A DNA stretch of 59,192 nucleotides from Chiloscyllium plagiosum (lineage: Eukaryota): the NCBI RefSeq assembly GCF_004010195.1, contig NC_057719.1:64541049-64600240 (forward strand). Direction: 5' to 3'. The notes beneath the pieces are model-generated. The model made no database searches, was not told the origin of the DNA, and saw only the letters and a program-made list of their open reading frames with translations. Shown one piece after another: positions 25,445-38,680 of the stretch. The translations under genes were made by a program, and so were the position numbers. Each line of letters opens with the position of its first letter. Positions within the stretch are counted from its first letter, which is position 1.

Positions 25445-28400
25445 AACATAAGAACCCAGGAGCAGGAGTAGGCCGTCTGGCCCTTCGAGCCTGCTCCGCC
25501 ATTCAATAAGATCATGGCTGACCCTTTTGTGGACTCAGTTCCACTTACCTGTGCTCTCACCATATCCCTTAATTCCTTTACTGCTCAAAAAAAAACTATC
25601 TTAGCGTTAAAAGTGTTTACTGAAGTATCAACTACTTCATTGGGCAAAGAATTCCATAGATTTACAATCCTCTGGGTGAAGAAGTCCCTTCTCAATTCAG
25701 TCCTAAATCTGCTCCATCTAATTTTGAGGCTATACCCTCTTGTCCTAGTTTCACCCTCCAGTGGAAACATCCTCTCTATGTCTATTTTTCAATTCCCTTT
25801 ATAATTTTATATGTTTCTATAAGATGCCCCCCCCCCTCATTCTTCTGAATGCCAATGAATATAATCCCAGTCTACTCAGCCTTTCCTCATAGGCCAACCC
25901 CTTCAACTCCAGAATCAACCTAGTGAACCTCTTCTGCACCCCCTTTAGTGCCAATACATCCTTTCTCAAGTAAGGAGACCAAATCTGCCTGTAGTAGTCC
26001 AGGTGTGGCCTCACCAGCACCTTGTACATTTGTTTTTAAACTCAATCCCTTTAGCAATGAAGGACAAAATTCCATTTGTTGTAATCACTTGTTGTACCTC
26101 AAGACCAACCTTCTGTGATTGCACAAGGACTCCAGGTACCTCTGCATAGCTGCATGCTGTAACTTCTTACCATTAAACTCATAATCCTTTTTACTATTAC
26201 TGCTACCAAAATCTGTGATTTCACATTTATTTACATTATATTCGATCTGCCAGACCTTTGCCCACTCATTCAATGTATCTATGTTGCTCTGCAAAGTTTC
26301 ACAGACCTCTGCACACTTTGCTCTGCTACTCATCTTAGTATCATTGGCAAACTTTGACACCTTACACATGGTCCCCAACTCCAAATCATCTATATAAATT
26401 GTAAATAATTGTGGTCCCACACTGATCCCTGAGGCACACCACTGGTCACTGATTGCCAGCCAGAATAGCACTCACTTATCCCCACTTTTTGCTTCCTGTC
26501 AGTCAACCAACCCTCTATCCATGCGAATACTTTACCCCTAATGCCATGCATCCTTATATAATGCAACAGCCTCATGTGCAGCATCTTGTTGAAGGCCTTT
26601 TGGCAATGTAGATACACAACTTCAACAAGGTCCTCATTGTCCACCTTGCTCATAATGCCTTCATGAAATTCCAAAAGATTTGTCAAGCATGACCTGCCCT
26701 TCATGAACCCATGCTGCGTCTGTCCAATGGGACACTTTCTATCGAGATGCCATGCTATTTCTTCCTTGATAATAGACTTAAGCATCTTCCCCACTACAGA
26801 GGTTAAGCTCACTGGTCTATAATTTCCCATCTTTTGTCTACATCACTTTTTAAACAGTGGCGTCACATTTGCTGTTTTCCAATCTGCTGGGACTTCCGCA
26901 GAGTCCAGTGAATTTTGGAAAATTACCACTCCTGCACCTACTATTTCTCCCGCCATCTCTTTTAGTACCCTGGGGTGCATTCCGTTAGGCCTAGGAGAAT
27001 TATCAGTCCTTAGCTCTGTTAGCTTGCCCAACACTAAAATTTCTGTAATAATGATTGTTTCCAGGTCCCCGCCTATGTTCGTCTCTTTGTCAGTTATTGG
27101 CATGTTATTAGTGTCCTCCACTGTGAAGACTGATACAAAATACCTGTTCAATGCCTCATCATATCCTATAACTAAATTCCCCTTTTCATCCTCTAAAGGG
27201 CCAATGCTTACTTTAGCCACTTTTTTTTGTTCTATATATTTACAGAAACGTTTGCTATCTGTCTTTATATTCCATACCACTTTTCTTTATAGTTCGTTTT
27301 GTGGCTTTCTATTGACCTTTAAAGTTTTCTCAGTCTTCTAGAGTCATGCTGTTTTGGCCACTTTGTATGCCTTCTCTTTCAATTTGATAGCCTCCCTTAT
27401 TTTCTTAGACACCCATGGCAGATGCTTTGAAAGTCCTCCACTGCTCGTTAACTGTCCCACCATAAAATATTTATTTCCAGTCTACTTTAGCCAAGTCCTC
27501 TCTCATTGTATTGTAGTCTCCCTTGTTCAACCACAGGACCCTGGTATTGGATTTTATCTTCACACTCTCCATCTGTATTCTAAACTCAACCATACTGTGA
27601 TCACCCCTTCTAAGAGGATCCTTAACTATGAGGACATTAATTATTCCTGGCTCATTACACAGGACCAGATCTATGATAGCTTGCTCCCTCGTCAGTTCCA
27701 TTACATACTGTTCAAGAAAACTATCATGGATACATTCAATGAGCTCCACCTCCAGGCTACCCTGGACCAATCTACATGTAGATTAAAATCCTCTATGATA
27801 ATTGCCATACCATTTTAACAGGCATTAGCTATTTCTTTGTTTATTGCCTGCCCCAATGGTGTTGTTATTATTTGGTGGCTTATAGACAGCAACTATTAGT
27901 GACTTTATCCTCTTAGAATTTCTAATTTCCATCCAAATGGATTCAACCTCATTCTCCATAGATCCTATATCATCTCTCAACACCACCCTGATGTCATCCT
28001 TGAATATCAGAGCTACACCACCTCCCTTACCTTCCTGTCTGTTCTTCTGAATAGTCTGGTACCCCTGGATATTTAATATCTCTAATATCTCCTGAGTTAT
28101 CCTCCCTTTTTGCTTCTTTCATACTCTGCCTTGTACTTAAACCCTCCTGCACACATGCTGACCTGCTGCTTACCTTTTTATTTACCATCATGTTCCCTGT
28201 TGTTTTCCCTTTCCCTTCCCCCCAACTCACAGGTTTAAAGTCCTAGTGACCACTTGATTTGCGAGAGCACTGGTTTCAGATCAGTTGAGGTGGAGACCCA
28301 TCGGTCTCCCATCGGTACAGATTCCACCCTCCGCCCAGCCCCAGTTCCAAATCTGATGTCAATGCCCCATGAAATGGGACCCTTCTTTCCCACAGCACTC

Positions 28401-28688
28401 CCTTAGGTACATGTTTACTTCTCTAATTTTCTTATCCCTAAGCAAATTTACATGTGGCTTGGGCAGTAATCTGGAGATTATGACCGTCGAGGACCTGTCC
28501 CTTAATATTGTTCCTAGTGCTTGATAATCCCCAAACATGTCCTCCTTGCCTATGTTGTTAGTCCCAACATAGACCACAACAACTGGATCCTCCCCCTCCC
28601 ACTCCAGTATCCTTTCAAGCCAGTCAGAGATGTCCTGCACCCTGGCACCGGGCAGGCAACACACCATGTGGGATTCCTGATCCGGTTT
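25445..28688 (-). mobile_element. Large CR1 LINE (ORF1 esterase part plus ORF2), degenerate
   Basis: Minus ORFs VCCLPGARVQDI...VGTNNIG (SGNH), RRGDHSMV, NYRPVSLTSVVGK, QHGFMKGRSCLTNL, FANDTK, ETRTRGYSLK; tail ttcttatgtta. Confidence 0.92.
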
Positions 28689-31229
28689 CCTAGCAACTTC
28701 TGTTTTTATTTCTGATTTACAGCATCCGCAGTTCTTTCAGTTTTTATATAGATTCTTGATTACCTGGGAGATGAAAGAATCAGTGGTTTGCAAGAATGTA
28801 GAATTGAGGTTAAAATCAGATCAGCCACAAACCTATTGAAAGATAGAGCAAATTGAAGGGCTGAGTGGGCTAGTCTTTATCCTTGTTGATTTGGTAGTTG
28901 ACTCCACATTCTCATACCGCCTGTCTGGTCACAGGAGTTTCTCTGTAACTCATTCTTGGATTTATTAGTGACGATATCATGGCTAACTTATAAGGAGAAA
29001 CATTTTTTCCAGTCCACCCTATTTTGTCTCTTGAAAATTTTAAAGATTTCTATCAGTTCACCTCTCAGTCTTCTGTTCCCAAAAGAAATAAAAGCAGTTT
29101 ATTTAAGTCTCTCCTGAGAGTTATGACCTCCCCATTATGAAATCACTCTTGAAAATATTTTTTGCTCCTCCTTCCATGCCTGATGGCTACTTGTAATATT
29201 GAGATAGAACTACCTTCAGGACCTTCAGATTGGATACATCAAAACTTTCTTGGCTGATCTCCCATCATGCACCTCCGTTGACTTCAGCTGAGCCAAAACT
29301 CTGGTGTCCTTATTCCAACTTGCATCTGCTCACTCATCACCTTGCGCATGCTGAATGAGATTACCGCCTGGTTGACAATGCCACAGAGAGAAAGAGAAAG
29401 GTAAATTCCATCATAAGACCAGAATACGTAGGAGCAGAAATTAGACCATTCAATTATGGCCGCTTCACCATTTAATCATAGCTGATAAGTTTCTCATCTC
29501 CATTCTCCCGCTTTCTCCCCATAACCCTTGATCCCCTTGAATCTCAAGAACATGTCTATCATAGTCTTAAATGTACTCAATGGATTTGTGCTAACATCTG
29601 AAGAGAGAAAATGACATACAATGGGATAGGACTGGGGGAGCAGCTTTTCATTTGCTAAAAGCTAGCATATCAAAGCAGACTGAATGGCAGCCTCCTGTGT
29701 TGCAACTATTCCAAGATTTTATGATGAAATCTCTCATGCATTGTTTGTTTCTGATGAATGAATGATGGAATTAAAATGAACAAAGAGGGTAATAGAGAGA
29801 AGTTGGCATGAACCCCGATCTTGGGCAACTTCCCTCCTTTCATTGCTCTCTATTTCCAGCATTTTCTGGGTTTTCTCCTCTTTGCAGTTGACTGCTGGGA
29901 GTCCACTTTCTGAGTGTATTCTTTCTTTGTTGTTATAAGTTGCCTTCTGCGAACAGAACAGAAATAACAGGCTGAATTTCTCTGAATGAGAGTGATAACC
30001 AAGTGTTTTCATTGCAGCTCATAATGGATGTGTTGACATTTACTTGCATCATTCACCTACATTAAAAGGGATTATTATTTCAGCCTGCATCTCTGTAAAG
30101 ATTGTGTGAAAGGATGCTAAGTGCAGTTACTTTATAGCCATCCTGTTTAGAGATGATATTACACACCTCTGGAGTAGGTGGGACTTGAACCCATGCCTCC
30201 TGGTTCAGGCTACCTCTGCACCATCAGACCCTTTAGAGAGCTAATCGTACTATGTGCTTAATGAGCATTCATAGCAAGCACTGAATGCAATTCGAGATAG
30301 TGCAAGGGAAGATAATTGTAAGTATTGTTGGTGCTTGGCGTGCTGAATTAATGGATTGGAATAAAGTTCTTTTATCTGACATCCTGGTAAAATCATTAAA
30401 ACATCTTTCTGCATTGGATACTAGATATGCAGGTTTCTCTAAGGTCAGTAACAGCAACCAGCCCTTTTCAAAATCCTCTGGTTGATGTTTCTTGCTTCCT
30501 GCTAACGACTTTGGGGATATATAAACTCCTTAGTATTACTCAGCTTTCACAGCATAAGTTACATATTCAAAAGAAGAAGTAACCTTTCTGTTTACTTAAA
30601 TTTGAGTGTTGTATTTTACTCTGGGGCAATGTCTGGTGGTTCAGTAGTAACTGCCCTGACTATGAGCCAGAAACTCCAGGTTTAATCACTCTTTCAGGAC
30701 CTGTTGGACATACAATGCAGGCAAACAGATTGAGAATTCTTTCAACATGCAGTCAGGGAGATTGTGAGTAATTACTGGACAGTCTTGATGAATTGAGATA
30801 TGCCTATCATTCCTCAAGGGCTAAAACTATTTTCCAGTGGAGCTTGCATAGAGAAACTGATGGGCAGTCAAAGACAACTTGACCATCGAGCCTGGTACAC
30901 AACTTATGAGTTAAATGGTCATTATTAACAACTTTTCCCCTTTTTTAACTGTCCTGGGATCATCAAAATCTCCAATAAAAGAACATATTAAGGAAACTAA
31001 TACTCTAGAAAATCACTCTCCAACCCTCTCAGATGTTTGAAACCATATCTTTCTGATTTTCTATGAAGTGTAGCCACATGTACACTGGTCTTGGCATTGC
31101 ATCAGTCTGATAATATCAAAGTTTGGAGAAAATACACTTAAACAGGCTTGTCCAGACTCCTTGAATTGATCCATTTCAAATTTTTTTCTTTCTTCGGCAA
31201 CCAATGATCAAATTTCAGAACAATACCAG

Positions 31230-31540
31230 ACAGCAGGGTGATTCAGCAGTTCACACTGCTGCCTCACAGAGCCAGGGATCTCGGTTCAATTCCACCCTCA
31301 GGTGACTGTGTGGAGTTTGTATATGTGGGTTTCGTCCCCCATTCCAAAGATGTGCAGGTTAGGTGGATTGGCCAAGCTAACTTGCTCATAGTGTCCACGG
31401 ATGTGCAGGCTGTGTGGATTAGCCATGGAAAATGCAGGATCACAGGGATAGGATGGGGAAGGGGGGAATGCTGTTCAGAGGGTCGATGTGGACTCGCTGG
31501 GCCGAATGGTCTGCTTTCACCCCATAGGGATTCTATCATA
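31230..31540 (+). mobile_element. HE1-related SINE, older copy
   Basis: cactgctgcctcacagagccagggatctcggttcaattcc head and gggattctat tail. Confidence 0.75.
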
Positions 31541-32040
31541 GTAAAATGAATTCTGAATGTATAACAATTCCAAAGCAACAAGCTGATAATTTGCATTAGT
31601 GAGTAATTAATAAAAATGGCCATTAAAAAAAGTGCCAGGCAGCAGATCTAACTAATTAAATACCTTTTCTCCCATATCCTTTAAGAAGCAGAACTAGAAA
31701 GAGAAGCTCCAAGTCCTGATCACCAGGGAAGGGATTCCGAACCTGTGCTGTGCTAAGGAGGTTCACAGTGATCTGTGGCCTCTGCTGGCACACACACTAT
31801 GAGCTGAGGGCATTCGTACAAAAATGACACTTCAAATGGGTTATCTTTCCAACTGGTTTTTCTCCTGTCCCAGCTTGTTTTGCGAATAAGCTCTTGAGGA
31901 AGAGAGGTTTATCAATCTATCCTTCTGCAGTATCAGTCCAGGAGGATGACCACAGCAACAGCGTAATCCATCATAGGATGCAACATACTTGTTTTTAACA
32001 TTTGAACAAAGATACAAGTGAAAGATGTCTGTTTTTAAAT

Positions 32041-32365
32041 GATTGATTAGATTAGATTAGATTAGATTAGATTACAGTGTGGAAACAGGCCCTTCGGCCC
32101 AACAAGTCCACACCGACCCGCCAAAGCGAAACCCACCCATACCCCTACATTTACCCCTTACCTAACACTACAGGCAATTTAGTATGGCCAATTCACCTGA
32201 CCCTGCACATCTTTGGACTGTGGGAGGAAACCGGAGCACCCGGAGGAAACCCACGCAGACACGGGGAGAACGTGCAAACTCCACACAGTCAGTCGCCAGG
32301 GAATTGAACCCGGGTCTCTGGCGCTGTGAGGCAGCAGTGCTAACCACTGTGCCACCGTGCCGCCC
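32041..32365 (-). mobile_element. HE1 V-SINE, young copy with (GATTA)n tail
   Basis: Complete head to tail; about 6 GATTA units at 32041-32074. Confidence 0.92.
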
Positions 32366-32609
32366 TACAGTTGGTCTACAGTTTCTGGCTAGTTCACACT
32401 GACAGACCATTATGGTAGTGTCACTATCCCTGAGCGAGTGTTCAAGTCCCACTAGTTCCAGAGGTGCTACATACCAGGTTGATCGAAAGCATTCTTTTTG
32501 ACTCAAGAACATGATGTGCTTGAGTTTCCTTTGCTTCTCAACAGGGACAATCTTGAGAACAGTGATGGGAACCACAGGACAAAATAACTAGCAATTTATA
32601 ATTGAAGTG

Positions 32610-34655
32610 TAATTGAGGACACAGTACAGAGGTTCATCCCAAAGCAAAAAAAGATTACCCAAGGTGGGGGGAGGAAGTGGTTAGACAGCCATGGCTGACA
32701 AAGGAAGTCAGGAAATGTATCAAAGAAAGTGAGAGAGCCTATAAAGTGGCCAAGAGCACTGGGAATTCAGAAGATTGGGAAGAACACAAAAATAAGCAGA
32801 GGATAACAAAGAGAGAAATGAGCAATGAGAGGATCAAATATGAAGGTAAACTAGCCAGTAATATTAGAAATGATAGTAAAAGTTTATTTTAATACATAAG
32901 AAACAAACGAGAGGCAAAAGTAGGAATTCGGCCGCTCCAAATTGATGCAAAAAGGCTAGTGATGGGAGATAAGGAAATAGCTGAAGAACTTAATAAGTAC
33001 TTTGTGTCAGTCTTCACAGTGGAAGGCATGAGTAATATACCAACAATTAAGGAGAGTCAGGGGCAGAGTTGAGTATGGTAGCCATTACAAAAGAGAAACT
33101 GCGAGAAAAGCTAAAGGGTCTAAAAATTGATAAACTTCCAGGCCCCGATGGGCTACATCCTAGAGTTCTGAGGGAGGTGGCTGAGGAAATAGCAGAGGTG
33201 GTGATTATAATCTTTCAAAAATCATTGGAGTCAGAGAAAGTCCCAGATGATTGGAAAATCGCTGTTGTAAACCCCTTGTTCAAGAAAGGATCAAGACAAA
33301 AGATGGAAAATTATAGACCCATTAGCCTAACCTCGGTTATAGGTAAAATTCTAGAATCCATCATTAAGGATGAGATTTCTAAATTCTTCTAGTGCAGGGT
33401 CAGATTAGAACAAGTCAGCATGGATTTAGTAAGGGGCGGTCGTGCCTGACAAACCTGTTAGAATTCTTTGAAGAGGTAACAAGTAGGTTAGACCAGGGAA
33501 ACCCAGTGGATGTTATCTATCTAGATTTCCAAAAGGCCTTTGATAAGGTGCCACACGGGAGGCTGCTGAGTAAGGTGAGGTCCCATGCTGTTTGAGGTGA
33601 GCTACTGGCATAGATTGCGGATTGGCTGTCTGACAGAAGGCAGAGAGTTGGGATAAAAGGTTTTTGTTTGGAATGGCAGCTGGTGACAAGTGGTGTCCCG
33701 CAGGGTTTGGTGTTGGGGCCGCAGCTGTTCACTTTATATATTAATGATCTGGATGAAGGGACTGGGGGCATTCTGGCAAAGTTCGCCGATGATACAAAAT
33801 TAGGCGGACAGGCAGGTAGTACTGAGGAGATGGGGAGGCAGCAGAAAGAATTAGACAGTTTAGGAGAGTGGTCCAGGAAATGGCTGATGAAATTCAATGT
33901 GAGCAAATGCAAGGTCTTGCACTTTGGAAAAAAGAATACAGGCATGGACTAAACAGTGGGAAAATTCATAAAGCCAAAGTACAAAGTGATCTGGGAGCGC
34001 TAATCCAGGATTCTCTGAAGGTTGACTTGCAGGTTGAGTCCGTGATTAAGAAAGCAAATGTCATGTCATTTATCTCATTTAGAATACTGTGTCCCGTTTT
34101 GGGTCCCAAACCTCAGGAAGGTCATACTGGCACTGGAGCATGTCCAGTGGAGATTCACACGGATGATCCCTGGAATGGTAGGCCTAACATATGATGAACG
34201 GCTGAAGATCCTGGGATTGTAATCATTAGAGTTTAGGAGGTTAAGAGGAGATCTGATAGAAACTTACAAGATCATATATGGCTTGGAAAGGGTGGATGCT
34301 GGGAATTTGTTTCCATTAGGCGGGGAGACTTAGAGGGAGGGAGTCAATTTAGAATGGAAATGAGGGGACATTTCTTCAGTCAGAGAGTGGTGGGCCTATG
34401 GAATTCATTGCCATGGTGCGCAGCGGAGGCCGGGACATTAAATGTCTTCAAGGCAGAGATTGATAAATTTTTGATCTCGCAAGGAATTAAGGGCTACGGG
34501 GTGAGTGCGAGTACAGAGTCATAGAGTTATAGAGATGTACAGAACGGAAACAGACCCTTCAGTAATTGAAATGCCCATCAGCCACAATTAAATGGCGGAG
34601 TGGACTCGATGGGCCGAATGGCCGTACTTCCACTCCTATGTCTTATGGTCTTATG
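32610..34655 (+). mobile_element. 5'-truncated CR1 LINE ORF2
   Basis: QPWLTKE, PGPDGLHPRVL, NYRPISLTS, QHGFSKGRSCLTNL, GVPQG, KFADDTK; tail cctatgtcttatggtcttatg. Confidence 0.92.
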
Positions 34656-35359
34656 TTGAAAGGTAGCTGGAAATTGCTATAGCTGCAGTTGTTCATTTCA
34701 AAGATGCATTGGTTCATGGCCAGTCCATGAGTAATCATATCAATGCCCCTTGCCAGAAGGTGAAGCAATATTGATAATGCAGCCACAGCAATGTAATTCT
34801 CCCATCAGCGATGTCACAAGGGGCCAAAGCTAGCTCCATTTCTTTCCACAGCAGCTCAGATGGATGCACAGTGATACTTGTGGAAAAGTTGGTGGTGTAA
34901 TAATTTATCTGGAGAAATAAAAATGACAGATGCGCTCCTTTAAATCATGCAGGCTAATTGTCATCAAATTGCTCCTTCCATGTTTATCCTCTCAAATAAA
35001 TCTGCAATGACAGTTCAGGTTATTTTGTTGCTCATCATAGAATAGTTACAACATAGAAGAAGGCCATTTAAACCATTATGTCTGTACTGGTTCTCTGCAA
35101 TGTCAAGTCACACTGTTCCTTTGCTGGGTCAATATCATGACATTCTATCCCTCGGGGCATGATGGTTCAATGTACAGCACGTGGACTGAAACAGTTCAAG
35201 AAGGGTACCTAACGTTGTGCAACAAATGCTGGCCAGCCAGTGATGCCCATTCCCCACGACTGAAAAAAGTAAAAACATCTAGGGCTTACTTGGAGGCTAA
35301 TTCTTTTGAATGTGAGCAGGAAAATCATTTTTGCAAAGTGGTGATAGCAGTTTGCTGGA

Positions 35360-37830
35360 CCAAATGGAACATGGAACAGTACAGCACAGTACAGCCCCTT
35401 TTGCCCTGGATGTTGTGCCAACCTTTTATTCTACACTAGATCAAACTAACCTACATACCCGACATTGTACTATCATCCATGTGCCAATCCAAGAGTCGCT
35501 TAAATGTCCTTAATGTGTCAGACTCAGCTGGCAGTGCATTCCATGCACCCACCATTCTCTCGATAAAGAACGTTCCTCTGACATCTCCCCTAAACCTTCC
35601 TCCAGTCACCTTAAAATTATGCCCCCTCGTGATAGCTGGTTTCATTCTATCCTATAAACATTGCACAGGCTGAACCTTCAACTCTTTTTTTGTTGAGTTT
35701 GATAGAATCATTCAGCCTACTGAGTTTGCACTGACAAAAAACTACTCTAAATCTACACTAGTGCCACATTCCAACATAGCCTTGAATGTTATGACATTTC
35801 AAGTCCTCATTCAAGTACTTGTCAAATATTTTGAGGTTTCCTGCCTCAACTATCCTCCCAGACACTATTCCAGATTCCCTCTGGCTGCAAAACCTTTTCC
35901 TTAAACCTCCTGTAAATCTCCTGCCCTTCACCTTAAAACTCTGTCCCCTACATCTCAACATTATTGATCCTTCACCAAAGGGGAACAGCTGTTTACTATC
36001 CACCATACGCGTCATAATCTTATACATCTCAATCTAGTCCTTTCTCAGCCTCCTCTTCTCTGACTGGAGTTCAGACAAGTGAGGGGGATCTCATAGAGAT
36101 TTATAAATTTTTAACAGGACTATACAGGGTAGATGCAGGGAGGCTGTCCCTGATAGTGGCTGCGTCCAGAACAAGGGGACACGGTCTGTGGATTTGGGGT
36201 GGACCATTTAGGAAGGAAATGAGGAGACATTTATTCATCTAAAGAATGGTGAGCCTGTGCAATTCATTACCACAACAAGTAGTTGACACCAAAACATTGA
36301 ATGTATTCACGAGACAGCTAGATACAGCACTTGGGTCGAGTAGAATCAAAGTTTATGGGGTGAAAGCAGGGTTAGGCTATTGGGTTAGACAATCAGCCAT
36401 GATTGTGATGAATGGTTGACCAGGCACAAAGGGCCAAATGGCCTCCTCCTGCTCCTAGCTTCCATTATTCTGTGTTTCTAATGAAACCAAACCATAAGAC
36501 CACAAAATATAGGAGCAGAAATTAGGTCATTCAACCCATCAAGTCTGCTCTGCTATTCAGTCATGGCTGATAGGTTTTTCAGCCACATTTTCTCACTTTC
36601 TCCCCATAACCTTTGATACCCTTGACAATCAAGAACTTATTTATCTCTGTTTTAAATATACTCAATGACCTGGCCTCCACAGCCTTCTGTGGCAATGAAT
36701 TCCACAAATTCACCACTCTTCAGATAAAGAAGATTCTCCTTATCTCCGTTCTAAAAGGTATTCCCTTTACTCTAAGGCTGTGCCCTCAGGTCCTTGTCTC
36801 TTCTGCCAATGGAAACATCTTTCCAAAGTCCACTATGTTCAGGCCATTCAGTATTCTGTATGTTTCATTCAGATTCCCCTCATCTTTCTAAACTCCATTG
36901 GGTATAGTCCCAGAACCCTCAAACATTCCTCATGTGTTAAGCCATTCATTCCTGGGATCATTCTTGTGAACCACCTCTGGACCTGCTCCAGAGCCAAAAC
37001 ATCCTTCCTGAGGTTTGGGTCCAAAATTGCTCACAATACTCTAAATGTGGTCTGACCAGAGCCTTATAAGGCATCAGAAGTACATCCCTGCTTTTATATT
37101 CTAGTCCTGTCAAGATGAATGACAACATTTATTTGCCTTCCTAACTACTGCTCAACCTCCAAGTTTACCTGAGGAGAATCCTGAACTAGGACTCCCAAGT
37201 TCCTTTGCACTTCAGATTTACAAATTTTTTTCTCCATTTAGAAAATAGTCCATGCCTCTGTTCTTCCTATCAAAGTGCATGACCTCACACATTTCATCTA
37301 ACATTTCTTTGCCCACTCTCCTAACCTGTCTAAATCTTTCTCCAGCATCCCTGCCTCCTCAATAATACATGCCCCCCCCCCACCTATCTTTGTGCCATCT
37401 GCAAACTTAGCTTATCCAGCCTCTTCTCAAGCTAAACTGCTCCAACTTCTTGGTGAATCTCCTCTGTACTCCCTCCAGTGCAATCACATCCTTCCTCGAG
37501 TGTGGTGACCAGAACTGCACACACTACTCCAGCTGTGGCCAAACCAAAGTCCTGTGCAGATCCAACATAACCTCCCTGCTCTTGTAATGTATGCCATGAC
37601 TGATAAAGGCAAGCGTCAAAAAGTGTGGTGCTGGAAAAGCACAGCAGGTCAGGCAGCATCTGAGGAGCAGGAGCGTCGACATTTTGGGCATAAGACCTTC
37701 ATCAGGATAAAGGCAAGTGTCCCATATGCCAACTGAAGTACCCTATTAATCTGGCCTGCTGCCTTCAGGGATTTGTGGTGAAACATGCCAAGATTCTTCG
37801 GTTCCTCTGAGCTTCCTAGTGTCCTGGACA
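35360..37830. mobile_element. Cluster of nested CR1 3' fragments in both orientations
   Basis: Repeated CR1 C-terminal motifs: minus about 35360-35640, minus 35700-36060 resuming about 37410-37830, plus 36062-36480, minus 36490-37410. Confidence 0.75.
37618..37705 (-). mobile_element. Short PLE 3'-end insertion starting at a hammerhead core, 16-bp TSD
   Basis: TSD gataaaggcaag(c/t)gtc at 37602-37617 and 37706-37721; minus-strand CTGATGA at 37699-37705. Confidence 0.82.
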
Positions 37831-38101
37831 GTTACTCTCTGCGAGGCCTAGTGAGCTTTGTCTCCCCATTTTACCATCTGTACCTCGCTAACTATCCCTC
37901 CACCTCTATGGCATCCCTCTTGTCTGATTCAAGCTCCATTTTACTCACCACGTCCTTGGTACAGCTTGCTATTGCTAGGTTATCCTGGAATGGACTGGCA
38001 TCCCTGGTGCCAGCAATACATTTAAAACACCATCGTGCACCTCTCAGATAAGCATTTCAGTCTGGAGCTGTCCTAAACCGTTTTAGACATTGGTCACTGA
38101 T

Positions 38102-38680
38102 ATGGCCACGAAGGGGAAATTGGCACCTTGCTTTGCTGGCAAGGACCTGGATCTCCTGCTGAATGGACAGAGGTGGGACATTCTGTTCTCTCAGGATCAG
38201 CAGAGGAGGCTACAACACCAGACCATGCAAGCCCAGTTCAACGTTACTACCTGGGCCAGTGCAGTCTCAGCTGTCTGAAGGGATGCCCTGCAATGTCGAA
38301 AGAAGATCAACGACATTGCCCACTCTGCCAGTGTGAGTGCCACTATCCAATACCTCACATCACTCACTCTATCTCTGCTATATATCCACATGCTCAACTA
38401 CTCTTAGTATTGATTGCATCATTTTCTCCATCTCTCTCTCTCACCCATCCAAAGCCCTGGCACCACTAACCCTGCATACCTTTCACACTGCCTATTCTCC
38501 AACTGCACCAGGCGTAACAGCTATGCCACCCACTTTCTTCTCCCTTCATATCTGTCTCTCTTTTGTCCCAGGAGGAAAGCAGCTTCAATAGAGCAGATAG
38601 AATCAATGTGGGCATTGGCCTTTCTCACATTTGTTTCCTCAGCCTTCATGTGGAACAGACTCTAACTCTATCTGCCCCAA
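38102..38680 (+). pseudogene. PIF/Harbinger Myb/SANT-like DNA-binding ORF relic with intron
   Basis: MATKGKLAPCFAGKDLDLLL...WDILF...VSAV / RDALQCRKKINDIAHSAS|gtgagt (38333), then tctcttttgtcccag|EESSFNRADRINVGIG (38572), matching the Myb/SANT-like APxF...QCRKKxND...NRxERxxTGGG pattern. Confidence 0.6.

Noticed and set aside
32290..32365. tRNA genes at SINE heads
   Set aside because: A/B boxes are present, but they are continuous with HE1 bodies and tails.
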